This document shows positions 13,943-26,800 of a stretch of 64,000 nt of DNA, piece after piece (position 1 is the stretch's first letter; each line of letters starts with the position of its first letter). The DNA lies in assembly GCA_964247055.1 (NCBI GenBank), contig OZ176059.1, forward strand, positions 2,976,001-3,040,000, in the 5' to 3' direction. Source of the stretch: Paragordius varius. Taxonomy: Eukaryota > Animalia > Nematomorpha. Below the pieces are notes generated by a model. It ran no database searches. It saw only the letters and a list, made by a program, of their open reading frames with translations, and was not told where the DNA came from. The translations under genes were made by a program, and so were the position numbers.

Positions 13943-14406
13943 CCCTATATTGATATTAAAAAACTATTAAAAAGGTCATCCAATATATGCCTTTATCAAA
14001 TAAAAAATATTATAAAAAATCCAAAATATATAATTGTGTGAAAAACTTTCCATATCAAACTAGTTGGACAATATTTTATTTTATTTAAGTTATCTTCATA
14101 ATAAATCTTTTCTAAAATTAATAACGACAGAAAAATGGTTAAATTCGCATTAATAAATTTAACTAATGCATTTATGTCGTATTATCAAAATTTTTAACCC
14201 TTAAAAGTTTATACATAAAATTAGTAATATCAAGCCATTTTGGACGTTTTTTTGCCTTTGGGTGTATCCATGTGATAAAAGTCCATATTTTGGAGATGAT
14301 TTCATTTTCCTAATTTATGAAATAAAATATTTTATATTAAAGAGGCCTAGGGTCGTCAACTACTCTCCAATTCGACTTAAAAGACATGTAGTAATTTATA
14401 TACGTG
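13943..14406. mobile_element. piggyBac-like MITE, diverged P1 relative
   Basis: TTAA|CCC..ACGTG|TTAA; internal sequence similar to P1 (aaaaaactat..tatgc..tatc..aataaaa..ccaaaata). Confidence 0.55.
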
Positions 14407-14676
14407 TTAATATTATACAATGAGTCCCACGGGGTCCCAAAACAAGTTTTTTTTATATGGCAAAAAATGGTACTTAAAAAACTAAATAATGGAAATCTTA
14501 TTACTAAAAAATATTCACCCTTTTCTGGAAATTTTCTAAAAATATATTATTTAAAATTTTTGGAAAATACCTTGCAAAAAATATGGGAAAATAATCTAAA
14601 ATATATGCAAAAAATTCATAAACGATTCCCTGCATGGATGATGCTAGGTACATACTTTCCAACCTAATTTTACTCT

Positions 14677-14958
14677 TACAGTAAATGATTAAAATTATAC
14701 AGACAAAACGTAAAAATATAAAGACAAATATTATAACCATACTTTTTAAAAACTTAATTTTTCCCATATAAATTGTTTGATTACGATTGTAAAATATGTA
14801 ATTGATTGTGTTACCGACATACATCTCTATTTCATATTTTATTAGGATAAACAATGATTTATATTAAAAAAATTAAGATTGAAAAAGTAGGGTTGTCTTT
14901 TAGAAAAAAAATTGTCTTTATATTTTTACTTGTCCGTATAATATCAATTTTTACTGTA
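14677..14958. mobile_element. C2 MITE
   Basis: TACAGTAAATGATTAAAATTATACAGACAAAACGTAAAAATATAAAGACAA..TTGTCCGTATAATATCAATTTTTACTGTA. Confidence 0.7.
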
Positions 14959-15925
14959 AATCAATGGCCTGCAATGATTGGTAACACCTACCTAATCAGT
15001 TATTCTATTACAAATTATCACACAGGCATTATAAAATACATTAAATCTATTTATATATCTATATTATATAATTATTTAAATCAAAAGTAATACAAAATCA
15101 TTTCCTAAAAATTTTGCATAAGTATATTATAAGTGTTTTACTGCTGTAATCAATCACATATGTCTTTTTTTTAAAATATTATAAGAGTAGTTAGGGCATA
15201 TGATAAAAATAAAAAGTAATCAATTTTTTAACCAAAATTATATATTTGTATGAAATTTTTTTACTCAATAAAATATATATTATATATAAAATAACCATAT
15301 GCATATGTCAAAATTCAACAATAAAATACAATAAAAGGTAGGAATATAATTTTAACAATATCAATGTGTTAAACGTTTGTTCCCTCGAAAGAAAAAAATG
15401 GTTAAATGTCATCACAACATATAAATATTTTGGAATTATCTCATAGCAAATAAAAGTTACCCAAAAAGCTAAAATTTTAATTCTGGCTTCCATAAACTAT
15501 GACACTATTTTATATATTTTTTTTGATATATTATATTACATTAGATAACCCTAGTTATTAATTTTGTGGTATTTGCACCAAATTTTATATAGATATAATA
15601 CCACATAAAATTGTATAAAAAATGGGATTTTGGAGTGATAAAAAAAGGAAATGATCAATAAAAGTTATAGATATATCTGTTCTTTTTGTGCAAGAAAAAT
15701 GAAATTATAATTGTGTATGTATGTATGTATATGCAGTTATCCTTTTTTAAGGGATATTGCAAATTTAATAATATAATATATTAGAGACATGCATTTCTTT
15801 AAGGTATAGAGCTATAAAAAAATTTCTTGGTTCCCCTCCTTGACCCTCCTTTAACAATATCTCCAAAAAAGCAACCACCAAGTTTGGTTCGGGGCTCGTT
15901 AAGTTAGAAAGAAGGCGTATAACTA

Positions 15926-17816
15926 TTAAGGTGGTAAATTGCTTATGATAGTTTGATTGTAGAAGGCAAATGACCATTGCTGTGTATTACTAGCCATGTT
16001 ACACGTATCAACGAAAACGAATCGTTTTTCCGGATCAAAATCTAGGCACATTTGTGTCGTGTGATGATATATACGGTTTTTGTCCTAACACATATATGGA
16101 TATGTAATGAAATATAAAAAACATACTACTTATTTATGATAGTATAGCAAAAATTGAATACACATGTTAGTATATATTGGTCTCCGTTGAAAGGAGTGTT
16201 TTTGACTCTTAATTTATTTTCACAGACCTGAGAAGCAGTTTGACCAGCAAATTGCTTTGTGCAAAAATTTTTAAAGTTCTATAATTCATTTGCTCATTAG
16301 ATACTTTTGTACTGATACATTTTCCTATTATATTTTTATAATTTGTTTCATTTATTATGCTATACTATATTATTTTCACTATACATTTGGCAATTTATAT
16401 TATATTGTTTGATTAATAATTGTTAAATTTTGGTTGTATTTTTATTATAATAATTTTGTAAACAAATCGTTTTCAAATGTCAGGAATCGAAAATGGAACC
16501 GGTTCCAAGTGTAAAGAACCGATTCCGGACCGCTAAATTTTTAAGAATCCAACGCGGTTCCGGCTCCATTGGTTCCACTTTTTTTAAACCGGTTACAAGC
16601 CCTGATATATATAAATCGCAAACAGAAACATTTGATAGCAATTAGTCCTCGAATGATAAATATATTATATATATATATATATCAGTCGACTAAATATATC
16701 TATCTATTTTCCTATTTAAACTTCTAATAACACATCCCGCTTTAGTGATCAAGACCGCCCCTAATAGGTATTCATTACACCATGGAAAGAGAGAGACTAT
16801 AAAACAAAAATTCATAAAATAAAACGCATTATTACACTTACAGCCAGCCAACATAATGATGGAAAAAATGTGTAAAACATACCGGCATATATCGCCACCA
16901 TTGATTCCCTTTCATACCGTGACACGGGTACATGGATACTCGTGTTTTGGGGGCAGAATAGGGCACATCTAAACACTTTTCTTTGCCATCAACCTTAATA
17001 TCACGTTTCCATCGCCATATAAACACCTTTAGGTGGGGACGGGGTATATAGATAGGAATATTGTATCATTAAAATATATATTTTTGAAATTAGGGAGCTA
17101 ATACAGGGGTGAACAACACAAATGGCTTCACGCGTTGCATTTTTTGACAATATCAAAAATAAAATTAGATTTAAACATGGAAAAAAATATATAATTACCA
17201 ACTATTTCATTAATTTTTGTTAGTTTGTTGGAAACAGGAAAGAATTACACAGAAAATTTATTTAGGAAATAGCAATTTTCCTAAGATATTGAAACATATT
17301 TTTCAAAATAAGGAAATTAATTTATTTAGTTTTCCAAAATTTTCGCGCCCAAAATATCTCGAGTGCCGCATGCGACCCGTAAACCGCGTATTGAACACCC
17401 CTGATCTGAATAATAATTTGTTAAAACTTAATATTAAGATTTTACCCATAAAATCATACCATTTTTACATATAAAGGCAAAACTTTTAAACGAAAAAATG
17501 TTGCGTTTTTAAACGCAACTTACTATATTATACTTATTAAATATTATATGTAAATTTTGCACCTTTAAAATCAAACAGTTTTTTTGCCAAAAAATATATT
17601 ATATTGGGCCATGCAGTGTATAGCGCAAAAAAAGATATGAAAAAGCTAAATTAAAGCAGATAATGTGACATGCAAAATAGTCACAAGAAGAAAAGTATAA
17701 TGGCATGCATATATAGTATAGTGTTGGATATTTCGTGTTTTTAATATATATAGTAGGGTTAACCTATGTATGAATAAATAATATATGTAAATAATATAAA
17801 GTGATCATATAAGAAG

Positions 17817-17847
<31 letters not shown>

Positions 17848-20800
17848 GTATAACTATACCATAAGGTTAAACATTTACCATGTTATGTTAACCTAATCAC
17901 ATTATGTATGCTGCAAACTCCCACCTGCATATTACGTAATATTATAGCTTTCAAAGCTATTTTGTTCATTAACTTTAACCCTAACCCTAAATGTCAACAA
18001 GTGTAGTGTACGTTATATAAGTTAACGCGCAATTTTTATTCGACCCATTATAATTAAAAACGATTAAACTTTATCCTTTTCTCTCATATATTACAATAAA
18101 TTCTAATTTTTGGTGAATTTCAGGAAAAATTAGCGCAATTTCCCACAATTTTTTGTTTTTGAGTTAAGGTTTTTTTGTTTAGAATTTTTACCGGTAAAAA
18201 ATTCCAACATTGATTCCCCAAACTACCATGGCAATTGCGTATCGCTACGCTGGGGAACGTAGATTCACTGGCATCTAAACATTTATGGCTACCACCCATA
18301 AAGATTTCCCTCTTAAAGCTCCAAATGAAAAACTGTGTAGTAAATGTGTGTCAATTTTTACGCATTAATATATACATACATAGAAAAATAATTACAGTAG
18401 TGTATAGAATATACAAATATGTGTCCATAAAAGAATAAAAAAATGTTTTTTTTTTAAAAAAAACAATAAGCCTAGTTGTAAATACACATATCTATAATAT
18501 CTCCTTGTTTTTTTTTAAAAAAAAACATTTTTTTATTCTTTTATGGACTAATCTTGTTTTACTCCATACGCTACTGTAATTCATATGGCTATGAAATATA
18601 CGAAAATGTGTTTAGTCACCACATAAAACAAATGTTAGTAATTTGACAAATGAACGGGGTGAGAGTTAAAAACCTTGAATCATCAATTACACCGGGTAAC
18701 AACATGCATATACAATTAAAAAAGATAAAATTTAACAATATGTATATATATATATTCTTTAATTAACGAGAAATATAACCAATTAGTTACTTTACAAATT
18801 GTTAGGATTAAAGCGGATAAGAAAGTTTTATAGATACATGCACCATCATTAAGAATATGCATTGCTAGCTATTAAATATAGCCAGATAGCATATAAAGCA
18901 TTATTCTTATTGGCTGTCAGGAAAAAGAGAAATAACTATAGGTAATAATATATCTTTCCTTACTTCATATATACCATTTGCAATTCAATTTCACCCTTTA
19001 ACAATTCGCACTCACCCTCAAAATAAATTATGTGTTTTCGAACTAATATTCATCATTTAAAGGAAATAAATTCTTATGGCATAGTTTATTACTTTTTCAG
19101 TATTATATTAATTTTAATTTCATTTTGAAAAAATATAGGTAATTTTCAATCATAAAAAATCCATAATTTAATTTAGGGTAAATTATTGTTTAAGGGGTGA
19201 ATTTAAATTGTTTAAGGGTGAATGAATTGTAAATGGTTTATTAATGAAAAACTAGCAATGTATACTTACTCATACTGTAACACACGCAAAAAAAGTTTTA
19301 AGGGCCCAAATATAATATGTTTTAATTATTCAATATAAATTATGGCACAAAAAAACCGTTCGATTTTGATGGTGACCACTACTAAAACTAAAAAAAGGTA
19401 ATAAATAACAAATAATTAGCCTGCTATATATATATAATAATAATTTAATTTGTTATAAATAGTTTAGTACTATATGCATATATAATCCATACCTGATCCC
19501 CTTCAAGGGAGGGATCATCCTTAACACATTTATTCACAATCAAATTTTCTTTGGAATCGACCTCCAAACATAAGTCATTGTGGATAGATCGGACCTATAA
19601 TTGATATGTTAATTATTATTACTGAAATTTATTGTAAAGTTATTGAGAGTTTGAAATTATTAAAATTTTTTAAAACTATTTCGAAGCAATAGAAACGGCA
19701 CCTTTTTATAGTATTTTGAAGGCAGTAGAGGGGTTAAAAAATTGATCATTTGGAAATATTTTTCTTTTTTTCCCACAAATTTTAACCCATTATTATTAAT
19801 GTCTTATTTAAAAATAAATTTTGTTACTGTTCATTAAAAAGTTTATACTTTTTTGGTTACTTACTTACATGTAGCAAAATAACTGGGCTCTCTCTCTGTA
19901 AGTGAAATTGAACCGAACTTATTCACAAACTGTTATTAAAAGTAACACCAATTTACCCCTTTTATATTGATGCATATTAACTAAGAATAATAATGAACAC
20001 AATTAAATTTTATTACAACTACATCCTTATTTAGATATTCACGAATATAAAATACAGAGAAAAGTTAAATATAAATGCAAATAATTTTGTATAGCGGTAA
20101 CACAAGGAAAAAACAAATGTTATAGGATGTAGTTATAATCGCTTCTACAATATAGAAAAATAAAATTTCAGCACAATTAGAACCGAAACTCTTTTAGTTT
20201 AAGGTGGTCTATGTTGCCCAATATTCCATTTCATATTTTATAAAAACAGTTTTTTACAACCCCCCCCCCCCCAAAAAAAAAATAGCTAAAAAATTATCAA
20301 CACATAGACACAAAATGTTATTGCATGTGTCATTTTGTGAAAGTCATAATAATAATAATAATATTAATATACTTTACAATTTTAATTAATGCCATATTGG
20401 TATTAAATATGGGATACAATACACAATCATATTATTGCAAAAAAGCTAATGGGTTTTTACACTTTTGGTTTTTTTCTTAATTTCTGGTCTGGTAAAGTTT
20501 AACAAAAACCCAATCATGCCAATGAAATCAATTAACCATAATTAGCAAATAAACGATTTGCTATAAATTAACCGATATAATGATACAATTATAATTTTAA
20601 TTCGAAAACTACTCTCCCCGTTAATTCATATTAACAAACGTTTATTCAACAATAAAAATCATTTTTCTCAAATAAAGGACCAAAATACATCTCTATTGGT
20701 ATAATCATAAGGTTTAATTATGGAATGCCAATTAATTTACCATATATATCAGTAAAGAGGTATTAACCAAAAAAACATTTTATTTTACAACGATGATACA

Positions 20801-23746
20801 ATACATTAATACGTTTTCGCCAAAAACTACTATTTAATTACGTAGTAGCGAACCTTTAACCTATCAATAAACCCATTTTTATTAGGATTTGTTTTTCGTT
20901 TACTTTTGTTTTAGCACACTCGGGGGGGGGGGGTTCAATAATGGAATATACAATACCCAATCATTTTGGCAATCGATATAGCATTTATAGTAAGAAAAAG
21001 ATTCACTCATATATTAATTTACCGATATAATGTTATCAGATACAAGGTTTTAGTCGAAAAAAAAACTGTAATTACTTCAACAACCATTATCTATTAACCA
21101 AGGCATTTCGTTTCATTTAGATTTTTAAATAATGAAAAAGGGTAAAAATGAGGGATAAAATACCTCTCCGTTAGCATAATCGGGAGGTTCAATCATGGGA
21201 TATTTGAGGGGAAGATCGAATGAAATGTTATGCATGAACCAAGAAAAGTTTTTACAATGCAAGCGTTCACGCAATGCCTTTTGTTCCGTTAAATCTCCTG
21301 GGTCTAAGTCACGATATTGGGGTCTAATATATATATATATATATATATGCATATATAAAAGAGTAGAAATTTATTAATATATATGTACCATTTACAGTTC
21401 AAATTCACCCTCAAACAATTAAACACCCTTGAACAATTTAAATTCACCGTAAAAATAAATTATGCGTTTTCGAACTAATATAAGTCATTATTAATATGAA
21501 ACACTATCTTTATGGCATTACTTTATTATTTTTTAGTATTATTTTAATTTAACAAAATTTTATTTTTAGGTAAATTTTAATTTTAAAAATCATAATTTGT
21601 TTGAGGGTAATTTGAGTTGTTCAAGGGTAAATTCAGATTGTTTAAGGTGAATTTAATTGGTTTTATGTCAAATTTTTGATATCTAAGTATTTATAAAGTC
21701 ATAAAAAATTATAAATTAGAATAATAAAAATATTAACCAATATTATAGATAAAGGTTTTTTGGTATATATATAAAATTTTATGTCATGTTTTTAACTTAT
21801 CGTTTAGGGTTGTGCAATTAAAGAATTAGAATTTAGTAGTTAAGTCAAATAGATAATATAAAAAAAATAGTTTTATCATATTAATTGAAAAAATTTAATC
21901 AAAAAGATAAAAATAATTTATAAAAAAAACAAAATAAATTATGTTAGTTGTATATTTTTAAAAGAATATTACCTTCGCATATAAATGTATTCCTTATATT
22001 CATCCATCCAAACTTCTGCAACTCGTTTATAATTCTATAATATAATAATAAGTATATAATAGAACAAAGATTTATTATATACCGTTTAGAATTCAAATTT
22101 ACCTTTAAACAATTTAAATTCACCCTTGAACAATTCAAATTCCCCCTAGAATAATTCATAATCACCCTAAAATAAATTATATGTTATTTAAGATAATTTC
22201 CTAAATTTTTATATATTCTTAAAAAATAAAATTTTGTTTTGAATTGAATAATACTGAAAAACTAATAGACTATGCCATAAAGATATATTTTATATTAATA
22301 ATGAGTTATATTAGTTCGAAACATTATATATTTTTAGGTGAATTTGAAATGTAAATGGTTATATTAATTATTTTCCCAAAAACATCAATTGAGTAATATA
22401 GAAAAAAATGGTTTTACTTATCTAATGCTAATCAAATATATACATACTATCTAGTAGGAATGACAAATTAAAATATAAAATAAAATTTTTAGGTAGTTAT
22501 ATTAATTTATTATTTAATGATACACAACCAATATGAATGATTTTCAAGAATAAAAAATGTATGTACACACTATATGTAAGAATTTGTCTACACAAAAGGT
22601 GGTTTACTGTATTGTTTTAGTTAGTTAAAACATAAATTATAATGTTAAACCTATAAAATTGTCTCTATATATATAAAGTTTAGTCTTTTTTCATTTTTTA
22701 TCAAAGGGTAAGGACTTAAATTAATTGTATTCAGACTTGTGAAGGCGTTAAAACAATCGCCTGTTTGCCCAGGGCTAATTGACAGTGATGATAGAAAAAT
22801 CGCATAGATTCGGGGTTCAAACTCTGGCACGTAGTTTACTATAAGAGAATAAAACTTTAAAATATAGCATTTACACCTCAAATTTACTCTTGACGACTAC
22901 GCAAATCCCCCCTTAAACATTTCAAAATCACCGTATAAAATAAATTTCGTGTTTTTTGGAAATTCAAAAACACGCCTATATTTATGTAGTTTATAATCAG
23001 TATTAATTAAACAAATATGTTATGATAAACTATGCCATAAAGATTTGAGTAAAATTAGCACCCCAATACACATGTTTAATTTTTTAGTCCAAAATGAATT
23101 TGAAATGTTCAAGGGTCGTGTATTTAAGTTGCAAATGGTATTAGTTTAGTTATATTACAATGGTAATTAACGGATTGGTTATGTTTTGTAATAATAGTTG
23201 TTAAAATCCGTAATATAACGATAAAAAATAATTAAATAGAATTAAATGAAATTATAAATAGAAATTATAAACGATATGTGAAACCCTTTGTCAATAGTAA
23301 TCGCAGACTAGTTTCGTGCTTGTTAGCACTCATCAGTACGACAAACTATTTGACTACTTGGGATTTAACATATCGATTTCGTAAAGATATATATATATAT
23401 ATATAATTTCTATTTATTATTTCATTTAATTCTATTTAATTATCCTTTATCGTTCGTTATATTACGAATTTTAACAACTGTTATTAGTTATATTACCTTG
23501 CCAACAAAATCACCAATTTGTGGGTTAGGAAAAGGGGCATACTTTCTATAAATATGACCGACACGGGAACATGGTGCATCTACCATTGAGCCCCCACATT
23601 GCCAAATCTAACATTTATCATTCATTGTAACATGAAAAAAAAGTCATAAAAATATTATATATATCTATACAGTAGCGTATGGAATTAAACAATATTAGTC
23701 CATAAAAAATAAGTTTATTTTAAAAAAACAGTGGGATATTATGGAC

Positions 23747-23803
<57 letters not shown>

Positions 23804-26800
23804 GGGTTGTTTTTGAAAAAAAAAACATTCTTTTATTATTTTATGGACTAATATTGTTTTATGCCAAACGCTACTGCATACATGTATATATGAAAAAAAA
23901 CATCTTTACGGTTAATTTTATAAAAAAATAATGTAATAAGTACAAACAATGATATCAGTCAGTATATGGTATTGGATTATTTATAAAATTTAATTTAAGG
24001 TTATATATTTTTTTAAGCGTTCATTATTTGCCTTCAACTCATGTCAAAATCCAAAAAAATGAATGAAAAAAAATTATATTCTTTTATAATTTCCAATTTA
24101 TAATGAAATTAACTTAAAATAATGTAAATAAATTCAATTTTTAGAATAAAGTTTTGACATTAGAGTAATGAATCAGTCAAAAAGGCTCAAGTAATTACGA
24201 TTAAAAAGTATATCACATGTATTGTGCAAATATTTAGTTTAGTTTACATATTATTGTTCACTAAACGAATCATCAAATGATGATATAATAATAAAAAAAA
24301 CCTTAAAAGATAATTCATATTGTTCCCCGCCCCAAATCATGAGACCAGTGTCATAACCGCCCAGTTCCCAAAAGTAATTTCGATCCATGGCAAATAACCC
24401 ACCAGCCATAACGGGACTCCTATATAGTAAATGAATTTTTTGTTTCATTTGGTGTGCAAAATGGGAATAATTAAAGGTGTTTGGCAAAAAATACATTCAA
24501 TCAATCTATCTATTATATAATTAATTGAATTAAATTATAGAGAAAGTATGGTTGTCTTTTTAAAAAGATATTTGTCTTTTACAGTAACCCCCTAAATAAT
24601 AATAAACTTAACATATAAGTAATATAAATTAGATAGCATATGTTAATCATCGTGAATTTTTTTAGATTATTTAATAAAGCCATACTTTTTGATTCAAATT
24701 GCTGAAAGTCGTAGTTGAGAAAATTTTCCTTATAATAAACCTCAGATAATAATTGAAAAATTATATTTAACCATTTTTTTATCGATTAAGCTTTTTTAAA
24801 TATCTGTAGCATTATATTAAATTTTTAATAAATTTTATATATATATTTTAAAAGGTCATATATTTTTAATAGGGGAAATTTTATAAAAAGAGCGAATAAT
24901 TCTGTCAATTAAATAAGATTGATCCTATTATAGATAATTTTTTGTGAGCATTTTCCCATTCCCATTATTATTAATGTTTATAATTTGCCAAAACATATAT
25001 AAACGACAATTGATAACATAAATCTATACAATATCAATATGATTTTTTTGTAAAACATATGTATGTTAAAAAAAATTTTTATTAATTAATTTCACAGTCA
25101 TGGTCGTAGAAATGCATTGATAACTAATCGAATTCAAAATCCACAAGACAATAGTAAGTGCAGGTAAAAATAAAATTATAAAAACAAAAGGTTAAATATT
25201 TTTTCTTGAAAAAAAACAGAAACCATACTTTGCTACATTATTAACCCATAGGATCGTTTTGGGTAGCGACATCGGAAAGCGCTGTAAATTCTCATTTAAT
25301 ATTATACATTTTTCTTTTAAGCAATTAGGTCAGGGGTGTCCAACATGAAAAGCTTGACGCGCCGCATTTTTAACTCAAAAAAATTTGACGTCCGACATTG
25401 GAAATATACAGTAAAAGTTTGTATTATACGGACAAAACGTAAAAGTAAGATGTTAATATGTAACACAATCAATTATGTAATTAACGATTGTAATTAAATA
25501 ATTTATATAGGAAAAATAAGAATTAAAAAAGTATGGTCGTCGTTTAGAAAAAAAATATTTGTCTTTATATTTTTACGTTTTGTCCGTATAAATTCAATTT
25601 TTACTGTATTTATGAGCATTTGACCTTTTAGATTTCAAGCTTAAGACTGTAAAATTCAAAAACAATATGTAACAATTTTTTATAGTTTTTGTCAATTGTA
25701 TAGACTCATTCAAAAAAAATGGTTAAGAAATATTAAATATGTTAACATTTTGTGACATATATTAATAATTTATGGATTTCCAAATTTTTGCAAACGGCAT
25801 ATAAAGCCTCAGGGCGTGTTAGATACCCCTGGTAATATTATTTAAATCCAAATTTCCAAAGGAAAAAATTGAAAAGTAAAAGGAAAATATATTTAGACAA
25901 TCACACTAAAAACTTGGATTTTTTCTCTACAAACTTTATGATTACAATTCGTAAGAAGAGCGGGGTGATTACCAACTTTCATATTCATGTGTCTTAGCAA
26001 CCCGCCTGAAAAAAATCATTGCTGTTTTTATACAATCAAAAAATATGTTTCTCATAAATTTTTACGGTACCTTAAATTTTTTCCCGTACATACTTTTCTG
26101 TATAGTTTTGGGGTTCGATCAGTTGGTTGTTGATGCATTTTTATAACCGTGATTGCGATCACTTCCAAAAATAATTAATGTTAAACTGTTTGGATAAATG
26201 TTTTTACCATGGGATAAAACGTGAAAAATGGTGTAATTAACGTATAAAGTTTCATTGTCGTTCGCACTTATTTAGGTGGCCAACATAATGAAAAAAAAAA
26301 CAAACGGGAAAAATTTTTTTTGCGATGGCCAGGCTGTCTTCTCTTGATATATAATACAAAAAAGTTTGCTTATCAAATTTTAACTTTAGTAAATTATTTT
26401 TTCCCCGTCCACCCTTAAAAAAATTAAAAGGCCCTTTTTTAAAATTAGACCCCCAGTTCGAGCTTATTCCTTGTAAAAAACAGATTTTTAAGAAAAATTG
26501 AAAACAGAAAACTCAAACTTGAAAGGATCAGCAGGGTGTGCCAAGTCCTCAGGGAGTAGGGGAAGGCGTTTATAATAAAGTTCCCAATCAAAGGCTCCAC
26601 GGGCCCCCTCATCCTGTGCTCGGTATTCAAAATTCTCATAATCTATAACGTCTATGAAGGGACACACCACTGTCCGATAATTTTCGGCAATCGGTTCTAA
26701 ACAACAATGTAACATTGCAATATAAATAAAATATGTAGGTATGAAATATAAAATTTTTAAATGTTTTATCTTTTTTTTTATAAGAAAATTGTTTTGATCT

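Noticed and set aside
16228-16254. Second 27-nt in-frame micro-exon candidate (QFAGQTASQ) between GALNT exons 12b and 13a
   Set aside because: Weak donor (gtctgt) and acceptor; expected by chance. Worth a glance only if RNA-seq is available.
17976-17990. Telomere-like (TAACCC)2.5
   Set aside because: Too short to distinguish from chance.
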